DNA of 64,000 nt from Trueperaceae bacterium (lineage in GTDB: Bacteria; Deinococcota; Deinococci; Deinococcales; Trueperaceae): assembly GCA_034520945.1 (NCBI GenBank), contig JAXHNB010000001.1:353593-417592 (forward strand), given 5' to 3'. How positions within the stretch are numbered: the first letter of the stretch is position 1; every line of letters begins with the position of its first letter. The position numbers were made by a program, and so were the translations under genes. This document shows positions 1 through 10,854 of the stretch, piece by piece. The notes beneath the pieces were generated by a model. It was not told where the DNA came from and did no database searches. It worked only from the letters and a program-made list of their open reading frames with translations.

Positions 1-368
1 CGTTCGCGCAGGTTCTTGTCGCCCAGCGGCCGCGGCAGCACCAGGTCGGCCCCGACACGGCGGGCGCGGGCGCGAGAGGCATCATCGAGGCCGAACCGAC
101 CGGACTGCGGCGCGATCAGGATCACCGGCGTGCGCGCCAAGCGTGACACGCGGCGGATCTTGCCGCAGATCACGTCCCCCGGCACGTCGTCGAGGTTCAA
201 CGCCAACAGGGCAATGTCGGGCGTGGCGCCCTTGAGGTGCTCGAGGGCGTCGCGGCCCGACTCGACCATGTGCACGTCGTACTGCCCCGAAGACAACAAC
301 ATGTCCACCAGCTGCAGTTGCATGCGGTCCGGATCGGCAACCAGCACGTGGAAGGTCGGCGAGGCCAT
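1..368 (-). CDS. Atypical response-regulator receiver-domain protein (3' end outside window)
   Basis: Manual translation from ATG 368: MASPTFHVLVADPDRMQLQLVDMLLSSGQYDVHMVESGRDALEHLKGATPDIALLALNLDDVPGDVICGKIRR...ADLVLPRPLG. CheY-like pattern. Absent from the ORF track because the stop lies off-window. Confidence 0.75.
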   Translation of the reverse strand, partial: MASPTFHVLVADPDRMQLQLVDMLLSSGQYDVHMVESGRDALEHLKGATPDIALLALNLDDVPGDVICGKIRRVSRLARTPVILIAPQSGRFGLDDASRARARRVGADLVLPRPLGDKNLRE

Positions 369-437
369 GTCGTGTGAGGCTACCACGCATGCCCGCGTGC
401 CGGCGCCCCCCGCACGCGGGCAGCGCGGGGTCGGCGC

Positions 438-671
438 CTACTCGCGGACCGGCAGGTTGGCGACCATCACCATGCGGTCGCCCTGTTGTTCCAGCTTGAC
501 GTCGTACTCGGACTCGTCGGCCGGAAAGTACTTGCCGATCACCTCCAGCAACTCGGCCTTGAGGTCCTCCATCTTGCCCGGGGTCAGCTTGGCCCGGTCG
601 TAGGAGAGCACCAGCTTCAGCCGCTCTTTGAGGTGGTCCTTGCTCTTGCGGCGGCCGAACCATCGGAACAT
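438..671 (-). CDS. minE: Cell division topological specificity factor MinE
   Basis: SKDHLKERLKLVLSYDR...LKAELLEVIGKY; directly downstream of minD. Confidence 0.95.
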   Translation of the reverse strand: MFRWFGRRKSKDHLKERLKLVLSYDRAKLTPGKMEDLKAELLEVIGKYFPADESEYDVKLEQQGDRMVMVANLPVRE

Positions 672-1477
672 CAGCGTCCTCCGAACAAACGCCGCAACCC
701 GCCCAGCAGGCCGCCGCTGTTGCGCTCGAGCGCCAGGTAGGGGATCTCCTCGCCGAGGATGCGGCGCGCCACGTTGCGGAACTCCGTGCCGGCCTTGTTG
801 GCGTCGTCCAGGCTGGCGGGATTGCCGAGGTTGGTGGAAACCAGGATGCGCTCGTCCTCCGGGATGATCCCGATCAGCTTGACGCCCAGGATCTCCAGGA
901 CGTCGTCGACCTCCAGCATGTCGCCACGGTGCACCATCTCGGCGCGCATGCGGTTGATCACCAACCGCACCTCGCTGATGCCCCGCGCCTCCAGCAGGCC
1001 GATGATGCGGTCGGCGTCACGCACGCTGGACACCTCGGGGTTCACCACCACCAGCGCCCCCTCGGCGCCGCTGGCGGCGGTCTGAAAGCCGGACTCGATG
1101 CCGGCGGGGCTGTCGATCACCACACGGTCGAACCCCTCCTCGTCCAGCAACAGGCGCACCGTCTCCTGCATGCGGGCCTCGGACAGGGCGCTCTTGTCCT
1201 TGGTCTGCGAGGCGGCCAGCAGGTAGAGGTTGTCGACCCGCTTGTCGCGGATCAACGCCTGCTTGAGCTTGCAATGCCCCTCGAACACGTCGATCAGGTC
1301 GTACACGACCCGACCCTCCAGGCCCATCACCACGTCCAGGTTGCGGAGGCCGACGTCGGTGTCGATCACCACGACCTTCTCGCCCTGTTTGGCCAGGGCC
1401 GCGCCGACGTTCGCGGTGGTGGTGGTCTTGCCGACGCCCCCCTTGCCGGACGTCACCACGATGGATTTGGCGTTCAA
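671..1477 (-). CDS. minD: Septum site-determining ATPase MinD
   Basis: Deviant Walker A SGKGGVGKTTT, DTDVGLRNLD, C-terminal amphipathic helix LLGGLRRLFGG; TTG start at 1477 after a GGAGG RBS. Confidence 0.96.
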   Translation of the reverse strand: MNAKSIVVTSGKGGVGKTTTTANVGAALAKQGEKVVVIDTDVGLRNLDVVMGLEGRVVYDLIDVFEGHCKLKQALIRDKRVDNLYLLAASQTKDKSALSEARMQETVRLLLDEEGFDRVVIDSPAGIESGFQTAASGAEGALVVVNPEVSSVRDADRIIGLLEARGISEVRLVINRMRAEMVHRGDMLEVDDVLEILGVKLIGIIPEDERILVSTNLGNPASLDDANKAGTEFRNVARRILGEEIPYLALERNSGGLLGGLRRLFGGR

Positions 1478-1630
1478 GCTGGCCTCCCTCTCGCCGCGAC
1501 GCACCGGCGATGGCGCGGAGTCGCATGCGTGTGGCGCGGGTCGTCTCGAGTGCGAACGATATCATACGCGCCGCGCCCGAGCCGCCGTCCTGGCCGGTTC
1601 TCCGGCGCCCCGGCGGGGACGTTCATGAAA

Positions 1631-1658
1631 CCGGTCACGCGTCCGGTCACGCGTCCGG

Positions 1659-1666
<8 letters not shown>
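1631..1666. repeat. Tandem 3x12-bp repeat (CCGGTCACGCGT) spanning the pcrA stop codon
   Basis: Three exact copies seen in the sequence. Confidence 0.9.
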
Positions 1667-3887
<2,221 letters not shown>

Positions 3888-4041
3888 CGGCCGGACAGTG
3901 TACCGTCGCGCGCGCCGGCGGGTCCGGCGCCGGGCGCTGCGTGGCGGTACGCGGCGGCGCGCGGGGCGCGCGGGGCGCGCGGCGTGGCGCGTGCGTTGCC
4001 GCGTGCGTGACGCGGCAACGAAGCCGGTGCTACCTTCGGGC

Positions 4042-5274
4042 ATGCCCGACGCCGTCCGGTTCGATCCCACCGACCCCGCCTTTCTCCGCGACCCCTACCC
4101 GACCTACGCCCGCCTCCGCGAGGCCGCGCCGGTGCATTGGCACGCGCCGTGGCAGGCGCACGTGATCACGCGCTACCGCGACGTGGACCGCCTGCTGCGC
4201 GACCGGCGGCTGGGACGGGTGTTGGACGGGGCTGGGAAACGACCGCCGAACCCCGAGCACGCGCCGTTCGACCGCATCCAGGAGGGGTCGCTGCTGGAGA
4301 TCGAGCCGCCCGACCACACCCGCATCAAACAGGTCGTGCATGACGTGTTCACGCCGAAGCACGTGCGGGCGTTGAGCGCGCGGATCGAGCGGCTCTGCCG
4401 CGCCCAGGCCGATGCCCTCGCCGTCGCGGTCGAGGAGGCCGGCGAGGACGGCGCGGACCTGCTGACCACCTTCGCCGAGCCGATCCCCGTCACCGTCATC
4501 GCCGAGCTGCTGGGCGTGCCGGAGGAGGACCGGCCGGCGTTGCTGCCGTGGTCGAAGGCGATCATCGGCATGTTCGAGCCCGAACGCACCGCCGAGGACG
4601 AGGCCGCCGCGATCCGCGCCGCCGACGAATTCGCGGCCTACCTGCGCGGCCTGGTGGCGGCCAAGCGGCGCCGGCCCGCGGGCGATCTGATCACGCGCAT
4701 GACGCGCCTGCATGACGAGGACCCCGCGCGCCTCAGCGAGGACGAGCTGGTCGCCAACGCGATCCTGTTCCTCGACGCGGGCCACGAAGCGGTGGTGAAC
4801 GTGCTGGGCAACGGCTTCTGGGCGTTGTTGCGGCATCCCGACGCGCACCGCCGCGTCCGCGACGACCGCGCGTTGCTGCCGACGGCGGTGGAGGAGATGA
4901 TGCGCTTCGACACGCCGCTGCAGTTCTTCGAACGGCTGGTGCGCGCGCCGCTTCGGTTCGAAGCCGACGACGGCTCGGTCCACGCCTGGGAGCCCGGCAC
5001 CAAGCTGGCGCTGTACTACGCCAGCGCCAACCGCGACTCGGCCGTGTTCGAAACGCCGGACGACTTCGACGTGGCCCGCACGCCGAACCCCCACCTGGCG
5101 TTCGGCCTCGGGGTGCACTACTGCATCGGCGCCCCGCTGGCCCGCTTGGAGCTGACGCACGCGGTGGGCGCCCTGCTGGACCGGCTTCCCACGCTGCGTG
5201 CCGCCCAGGGCGAGGTCGCCTACGTGCCCAAGAACGTGTTTCGCTACCTCGACGCGTTGCGCGTCACCGCCTGA
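4042..5274 (+). CDS. Cytochrome P450 (CYP107-like)
   Basis: Heme motif FGLGVHYCIGAPLARLEL, EEMMR (ExxR), I-helix AGHEA; ATG 4042. Confidence 0.93.
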   Translation: MPDAVRFDPTDPAFLRDPYPTYARLREAAPVHWHAPWQAHVITRYRDVDRLLRDRRLGRVLDGAGKRPPNPEHAPFDRIQEGSLLEIEPPDHTRIKQVVHDVFTPKHVRALSARIERLCRAQADALAVAVEEAGEDGADLLTTFAEPIPVTVIAELLGVPEEDRPALLPWSKAIIGMFEPERTAEDEAAAIRAADEFAAYLRGLVAAKRRRPAGDLITRMTRLHDEDPARLSEDELVANAILFLDAGHEAVVNVLGNGFWALLRHPDAHRRVRDDRALLPTAVEEMMRFDTPLQFFERLVRAPLRFEADDGSVHAWEPGTKLALYYASANRDSAVFETPDDFDVARTPNPHLAFGLGVHYCIGAPLARLELTHAVGALLDRLPTLRAAQGEVAYVPKNVFRYLDALRVTA

Positions 5275-5327
5275 TCGGCGGCGGGGGGCGGGCCGGGCGC
5301 CGTTGGCGGGCGTTGCTTCGGCGCCCC

Positions 5328-5457
5328 TTGATGCCCATGGGCATCAACGGGCCGAACGTGCGCATGATGCGCGCCGGAGGTAGGACGAACGCCGTGTGGG
5401 ACGCATCGTCGTTTTGGAGATGGGTACGCGGGCCCCGTTGCTGCGCATGGGCATCGA
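5328..5457. repeat. ~130-bp palindrome-doublet element, copy 1
   Basis: TTGATGCCCATGGGCATCAA (5328-5347) and TTGCTGCGCATGGGCATCGA (5438-5457), centres 110 bp apart; intergenic. Confidence 0.85.
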
Positions 5458-5522
5458 GGCGGCATGCGGAACGAACACCGCGACGCCCGCCCTGCGGGGC
5501 GGCGGTGCGCTATGCTTCGGGC

Positions 5523-5927
5523 ATGGATGATCAGGACAAGGCCTTCTACCAGGCCTGGGCGGAGTTTTTGACGTGGATGCGGGAGATCGCGGCGGAACGC
5601 GAGGGCGTCCGGTTCGAGAAGGAGGGCGACTTCCCCGACTACATCTACCGGATGGAACGGTCCTACGACCTGCCGACGACGGTGATGTCCGCCAGCCTGT
5701 CGTTGCCGGGCGGCCGGCCGGTGCTCCTCGCCTACGCCAGCCCGCGCCACACCGTGTTCAAAGAGGTGGTGCTGCACCCCTTCGACTCTCATGCCTACCG
5801 CCAGTTGGCGCTCGCCAAGGATGGCAAGGGGTTGAGCGAAGGGTCGCGCCGCTTCACCCGAGAACGGCTCGAGCACATGGCGGACGAACTGTTCGCGCTG
5901 CCGCGCGTCACGCAGGCGCCGGCCTGA
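5523..5927 (+). CDS. nqo15: NADH-quinone oxidoreductase subunit 15 (frataxin-like, Deinococcota)
   Basis: FYQAWAEFLTWMRE..GVRFEKEGDFPDYIYRMERSYDLPTTVMSASLS closely matches Thermus Nqo15 as recalled; TATGCT 6 nt upstream of ATG. Confidence 0.88.
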   Translation: MDDQDKAFYQAWAEFLTWMREIAAEREGVRFEKEGDFPDYIYRMERSYDLPTTVMSASLSLPGGRPVLLAYASPRHTVFKEVVLHPFDSHAYRQLALAKDGKGLSEGSRRFTRERLEHMADELFALPRVTQAPA

Positions 5928-5975
5928 AGCCGACCGTTCTGCGCTGAGCGCCGCCTCGACCCGGTCCGCGCCGCT

Positions 5976-7037
5976 TCAGGGCGCGGCCGGGTCCGCACGC
6001 GCGTCGGCCCAGCGCGAGGCCTCCAGCGCGGCGCAGAGGAATCCGCGTCCCCCGAACGCGCCGAACCACCACAACCCGCCGCGTAGCTCCTCGACCCAGG
6101 GCCGCAGGTCGCTCGTGCGGGCCCGCACGCCGGACCAGGCGTCCACCGCGTGCGCCCGGTCCATGCCCGGCACGTGCCGGGCGAGGGCGGCCCGAAGGCG
6201 GGCGGGCGCTTCGGGGTCGGTCGATTCGGGTGGGCGATGGCCGCCGCCGGCGTACGTCACGGCGCCCGCGCTGCCGCCGTACACGCCGCCGGCCAGCGGC
6301 AGCGGGAGCGCCGGACCGCCGCGCAGGGTCACGATGTCGCCGCGTAGCCGCTCCAGCGCGGGCGGGGTCCAGGCACGGCCGGCGTCGTGCACCTCGGGCG
6401 CGTCGTCGGCGCCGACGCACAACACCACCCGGTGCGCCATGGCGATCCGTGCGCCCGCGGCGTCGTGCAGCGTCCAGGGATCGGTGGGGCGTTCACGGGC
6501 GAGGCGCGCGACCCGCACGCCGGACCGAAGGGTCGCGCCGTGCGCGCGCGCCGAGGCGGACAGGGCCGCAAGCCAGGCGGCGGGGTCGATCCAGCCGCCG
6601 TCCGCCACCCGGATCGCCCCGAGCGGCGCGTGAAACGGGGCTGGGACCGCCTCGGGCGACAGCCACGCCAGCGGGCCGGCCTCCGCTTCGGCGCGTGCGC
6701 GCCAGGCGCGGGCCTGGCGGCGATCGGTGGGCAGGCGCAGCACGCCGCTGCGGTGCGCGCCCGGCGCGCGCCCCTCGGCGCGAAGCGCCTCGGCCCAGCG
6801 CCACATGGTGGCCAGGCCGAGAAGGTCGTCGGGATGGGCGGCGCCCTTGCGGCCGCGCCAGGGGTTCAGCACCGCGAGGGGGAGCGCGGAGGCGCCGGCC
6901 GTCGCCGCGCAGCCCGGAGAGGCGGGCTCGGCGGCCTCCAGCAGCGTCGCGGGGCGGCCACGCACGGCCATGGCGCGCGCCAGCGACCGGCCGGCCACCC
7001 CGCCCCCCACCACCACGACGTCGGTCGGGTCGGACAC
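5976..7037 (-). CDS. FAD-dependent oxidoreductase (DAO family; MnmC oxidase-half-like)
   Basis: GGGVAG Rossmann motif, GGWIDP, WSGVRARTSDLRP, GAFGGRGF. Confidence 0.8.
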   Translation of the reverse strand: MSDPTDVVVVGGGVAGRSLARAMAVRGRPATLLEAAEPASPGCAATAGASALPLAVLNPWRGRKGAAHPDDLLGLATMWRWAEALRAEGRAPGAHRSGVLRLPTDRRQARAWRARAEAEAGPLAWLSPEAVPAPFHAPLGAIRVADGGWIDPAAWLAALSASARAHGATLRSGVRVARLARERPTDPWTLHDAAGARIAMAHRVVLCVGADDAPEVHDAGRAWTPPALERLRGDIVTLRGGPALPLPLAGGVYGGSAGAVTYAGGGHRPPESTDPEAPARLRAALARHVPGMDRAHAVDAWSGVRARTSDLRPWVEELRGGLWWFGAFGGRGFLCAALEASRWADARADPAAP

Positions 7038-7082
7038 GACCCGAGCCTACCGCCGGCGCGCGTCCGGTAGGATGCCGGCACG

Positions 7083-7511
7083 ATGCTAGAGTTCCTGCGC
7101 GGCCTCCACAACCTGCTTCGTTGGATCATCGTCCTGGGCGGCGTGTACGCCCTGGTGCTGATGCTCCGCGGCCTTCTCGCCCGCGCCCGCTGGACCGCCA
7201 AGGAAGGGACGGCGGCGCGGACGTTCACCTACGCGCTGCACCTGCAACTGCTGATCGGGTTGATCCTGTACGCCATCACGCCGTTGGTGTCGGGCGGCAT
7301 GGGGGCGGCGCTGAGCGGTCGGCTGCTGCTGATCGAGCATGCGGTCCTGATGATCCTGGCGGTCGTCGCGGCGCAGCTCGGGACCTCGCTGGCGCGGCGC
7401 GCCCCGCAGGACCGCACCAAGTTCGTGCGGTCCTTCACCGGCTACCTGGTGGCGATGCTGTTGATCTTCTGGTCCACGCCGTGGGGTCAGAATCTGATTC
7501 CCTGGGCCTGA
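7083..7511 (+). CDS. Hypothetical ~4-TM membrane protein with His residues in or near the helices
   Basis: HNLLRWIIVL, HLQLLIGLILY, IEHAVLMILAV; hydrophobic helices. Confidence 0.75.
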   Translation: MLEFLRGLHNLLRWIIVLGGVYALVLMLRGLLARARWTAKEGTAARTFTYALHLQLLIGLILYAITPLVSGGMGAALSGRLLLIEHAVLMILAVVAAQLGTSLARRAPQDRTKFVRSFTGYLVAMLLIFWSTPWGQNLIPWA

Positions 7512-8285
7512 GTCGAGGCGCTGCCGTCCGGCGCGCGCGCCACCAGCGTGTGCCGTTTGCCGCCCATCGGTCCGGGGCGCTTGCGAACCGTCGAGCCCGG
7601 CCGCGGCCAGCGCGCGTCGCACCTCGCCCGCCACCGTGTAGGTGACCAGGGCGCCGCCCGGCGCCAGCACCGACGCCAGGCGTGCCAGCACGCGCGGGTG
7701 CCACGCCTCGGGGTTGGCGGCGGGGCTGAAGGCGTCGTGGAAGATGGCGTGCGCCCAGCCCGGCGTCAGCAGCGCCTCCGCCGGGGGCGTGAAGGTACCT
7801 TCCTCGGCGAAGGCCTCGCCGAGCGCCACCTCGACCGTGATGTCGGGACCGAACGTCCCCTCGGCGATCCGCCACGGCCGCGGGGTGCGGGGCGCGTCCG
7901 CCAAGGCTGCGCGTGCGCCGATCCAGGCCGAGGCCAGCTCGGGGTGCGCCAGGTGCCGGCCGTATTCCAGCGCCGCCAGCACCTCGGGGGCGGGCGGACG
8001 GCGTTCCAGCGCCCGGTAGTGCAGGTCGGCGCCGTGCGTGGCGGCGGCGTCGGCGCACGCCAACAGGTTCAGGCCCGTGCCCAGGCCGATCTCCAGCACG
8101 CGCGTGTTTTGCCCCGCGGCCAGCCGCTCGGCGACGCCGCTGGCGGCGAGGAACACCTCGCGCGCCTCCTGCAGCGCGCCGTGGTGGGAGTGGTAGGTCT
8201 GGCCGGTGGCGGGGTCGAACAGGGTGCGACTGCCGTCGGCGGTCTCGACGATGCCCATGCGGGGCGGGGGCGGGTCGGTGCGCAT
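7487..8285 (-). CDS. mnmD: tRNA mnm5s2U34 methyltransferase (MnmD / MnmC methylase half); one frameshift near 7590
   Basis: TADGSRTL, YHSHHGALQEAREVF, LEIGLGTGLN, DAFSPAANPEAW, TYTVAGEVRRAL; the expected C-terminus VRKRPGPMGGKRHTLVA continues in another frame to TGA at 7487. Confidence 0.8.
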
Positions 8286-8320
8286 CACGGGAAGCCTAGC
8301 GTTCCGGTAGGCTCTGCACC

Positions 8321-8995
8321 ATGGGTCGGCTGTTCGAGATGATGGGCAATGCGCTGGCCGAGACCTGGCAGGCCGTGATCCCCTGGTTGGCGGGCCTGCC
8401 CGCCTGGGTGTGGGCGGTGGCGGTGACGGTGGTGCTGCTCGGGGTGGCGTTGCGGCTTCTCCTGCCGCGCACGGGGGTGTTCGGGGGCAGCCGGCCCGAG
8501 CTGTTTCTGTCCCGTGCCGAGTTGATGCCGGCCGAAGGGTCCGAGGGCGGATTCCAGTTGCTGGCCGCGTTCAGCAACCTGCACCACGAGCCGGTGCAGC
8601 TGTTGTGCATCGCCGCGCGGGGCGGGGCCGGCGAGCTGTCGGTGGTGGACGCCACCGCCCTGGTGTCGCCGCGCCGCGCCGTGGAGCTGGAGGCCGAGCT
8701 GGCGTTGAGCGGCGGCGAGGGGGGCGTGCTGGAGTTGTACCTGTACGTCCCCGCCTCCAACGCGCGGGCGTGGCGGCTTCGTGTGCCGCTCGCCTGGGAG
8801 CCGTGGGCGCGCCGCTACAAGGCGGACACGCTGCGCCAGTCGCTGGCGCGGGTGTCGCACCTGCCCGAGCCCCCCACGCCGCCGCGCGACACGCCACCTG
8901 ACACGCCACCTGACACGCCGCCCGAGACGCCGCCCGAGACGTCGCCGGAGCCGGCGCCCGCCCGCGAAAAGCTGAACTTCCCCGACGACTTCTGA
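8321..8995 (+). CDS. Hypothetical membrane-anchored protein with Pro-rich PP(D/E)T tail
   Basis: N-terminal TM helix; 12-bp repeats near 8880-8945 encode PPDT/PPET; TAGGCT 7 nt before ATG. Confidence 0.7.
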   Translation: MGRLFEMMGNALAETWQAVIPWLAGLPAWVWAVAVTVVLLGVALRLLLPRTGVFGGSRPELFLSRAELMPAEGSEGGFQLLAAFSNLHHEPVQLLCIAARGGAGELSVVDATALVSPRRAVELEAELALSGGEGGVLELYLYVPASNARAWRLRVPLAWEPWARRYKADTLRQSLARVSHLPEPPTPPRDTPPDTPPDTPPETPPETSPEPAPAREKLNFPDDF

Positions 8996-9077
8996 GGATC
9001 CGGCCGGCCCGGCGTCGGCCGATCGGGTGCGTTCGTAGCCCGCACGTACGCGCCTGGCCCGGTAGCATCGAGGCGAT

Positions 9078-10007
9078 ATGGACGATGCATCGCGTTCCCA
9101 TCCATCGCACGTGGCGCCTTCAGCGGACCTGAGCGGCCGCGAGGCCCTGGTGACCGGCGCCAGCGGCGGGATCGGCTACCAGATGGCGCGGGGGTTGGCC
9201 CGTGCTGGCGCGCGCGTGTGGATGGCATCCCGGCCCGGCGGGCGCGGGGCGCGCGCAGCGGAGGCGATCCGGGCCGAGGTCGGTCGCGAGGATGCCGCCG
9301 TGTACGTGCCGGCGGACCTGAGCGTCCTGGCGGAGGTCCGCGACCTGGCCGAGCGGGTGGCCGCGGAGGTGCCGTGCTTGGACGTGCTGGTGAACAACGC
9401 GGGGCGGTTCGTTCAGCGGCGGACCCTCACCGCGGACGGGTTCGAGATGACCTGGGCGCTGAACCACTTGGCGCCGTTCCTGACCACCCACCTGCTGATG
9501 CGGTCGCTGCGGGCGGCGGAGGCGCCGCGGGTGATCACCACCAGTTCGAACGCCGAGCGTTCGGGTGGCGCGCTCGACCTGGACCGCGCCGCCAACGGGG
9601 TTCCGTATAGCGCCTGGCGGGCGTACGGCTGGTCGAAGCAGGCCAACGTGCACTTCGCGCGCGAACTGGCGCGCCGCACCGAGGGCACGGGGCTGCGTAG
9701 CTACGCCTTCCATCCCGGCTTCGTACGGTCCGGCTTCGCCCGGGACGGCGGCGCGACGGGGTGGGTGGTGGCGTTGGCGCAACGCCTGTTCGGTCGCAGC
9801 GCGGAACGCGGGGCGGAGACCGGCCTGTGGTTGGCAGCGCTCGAGCCGGCCCCGGAGCCGAACGGCGGCTTTTTCGTGGACCACGCCGCGCGCACGCCGT
9901 CGCCTGCTGGCCGCGACGCGGAGATGGCGGCCGAGTTGTGGGCGCGGAGCGAGGCGTGGGTGGGGCTGCGCCCCGAGGAGCGGCTGCCTGCGCCCGATCG
10001 CCGGTGA
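9078..10007 (+). CDS. SDR family oxidoreductase (retinol dehydrogenase-like)
   Basis: TGASGGIG, NNAG, YGWSK (YxxxK), FHPGFVRS. Confidence 0.9.
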   Translation: MDDASRSHPSHVAPSADLSGREALVTGASGGIGYQMARGLARAGARVWMASRPGGRGARAAEAIRAEVGREDAAVYVPADLSVLAEVRDLAERVAAEVPCLDVLVNNAGRFVQRRTLTADGFEMTWALNHLAPFLTTHLLMRSLRAAEAPRVITTSSNAERSGGALDLDRAANGVPYSAWRAYGWSKQANVHFARELARRTEGTGLRSYAFHPGFVRSGFARDGGATGWVVALAQRLFGRSAERGAETGLWLAALEPAPEPNGGFFVDHAARTPSPAGRDAEMAAELWARSEAWVGLRPEERLPAPDRR

Positions 10008-10062
10008 GGCGCAGGTACGTGTGCTCGCGACGCGCGGACGCGGACCTGGCTCGCGCCGACGC

Positions 10063-10257
10063 TCAGAAGGCGTCGGAGCGCGGCATGATCAGCCACAGCA
10101 CCAGGTACACCAGCAGGCCGGTGCCGGCGCCGAGCAGGGCGACGATGAAGATCAGTCGGATGATGGTCGCGTCGATGTCGAAGTAGTGGCCGAGCCCGCC
10201 GCACACGCCGCCCAGCCACTTGTCTTGCGTCGCGCGTTCCAGTCGTTTGCGTTCCAT
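10063..10257 (-). CDS. PspC domain protein
   Basis: DKWLGGVCGGLGHYFDIDATIIRL...YLVLWLIMP. Confidence 0.9.
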   Translation of the reverse strand: MERKRLERATQDKWLGGVCGGLGHYFDIDATIIRLIFIVALLGAGTGLLVYLVLWLIMPRSDAF

Positions 10258-10324
10258 GCCGCCACCATAGGCCAAGGCGGCGGCGGAAACCTCCACCCTT
10301 CGGTGGAACGGCGGGCCGCGCGCG

Positions 10325-10666
10325 TCAGGGGTCGCCGGGCCCCTCGCGATCCTCGTCCCCCAGCCGCGCCCGGCAGTGGACGCAATGGTCCTGGTCGGGG
10401 ACCCGGTGCCCGCAGGTCGGGCAGACCGTCTGCCTGCGAAGCGAGGCGCGCGCGCCTCGCTCGGTCAGCTCGTTCGCGATCAGCACGGCGTCCTCTTCGC
10501 TGACGTCGCGGATGGTGAGCTCGACGTCGCCGGCTTCGGCGTGCACCAGGTAGGCGCCCGAGCGGTAGGGCTGGGGGCCCTCGCCGGCGTTGCCGCGCGT
10601 CACGGCCTCGCGTACCTCGCGGAAGTAGGCCCACAGCGGGCCGGAGCGGATGGGATCGTCGGGCAC
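10325..10666 (-). CDS. Hypothetical protein with C-terminal zinc ribbon
   Basis: CPTCG...CVHC; TAGCAT 6 nt upstream of GTG. Confidence 0.7.
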   Translation of the reverse strand: MPDDPIRSGPLWAYFREVREAVTRGNAGEGPQPYRSGAYLVHAEAGDVELTIRDVSEEDAVLIANELTERGARASLRRQTVCPTCGHRVPDQDHCVHCRARLGDEDREGPGDP

Positions 10667-10854
10667 GAGGTCATGCTAGCGCGTCGTGGGCCTGGGGACG
10701 GTCGTCCTGGGCGCGGGGACGGTCATTCGCGGTGCCGGGACATTCGTCCTTGGCGCCGAGCGCCGCAGCGCCCGATAGTACGACCCGAACATACGAGTTT
10801 CGTCCGGGTGCGCCCGGCGTCCTGGGCCCCGCATCCCCGAAAGGAAGGTGCGAG

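Noticed and set aside
5328..5347. TTGAT...ATCAA read as an FNR/DNR box
   Set aside because: The spacer is 10 bp rather than 4, and the motif is part of the larger dispersed element
5313..5522. Recurring LMPMGI / DAHGHQ peptides in ORF translations
   Set aside because: These are translations of the DNA palindrome in over-extended or spurious ORFs, not a protein motif
8880..8945. 12-bp repeats as a regulatory or mobile array
   Set aside because: In-frame coding repeats for a PPDT/PPET low-complexity linker
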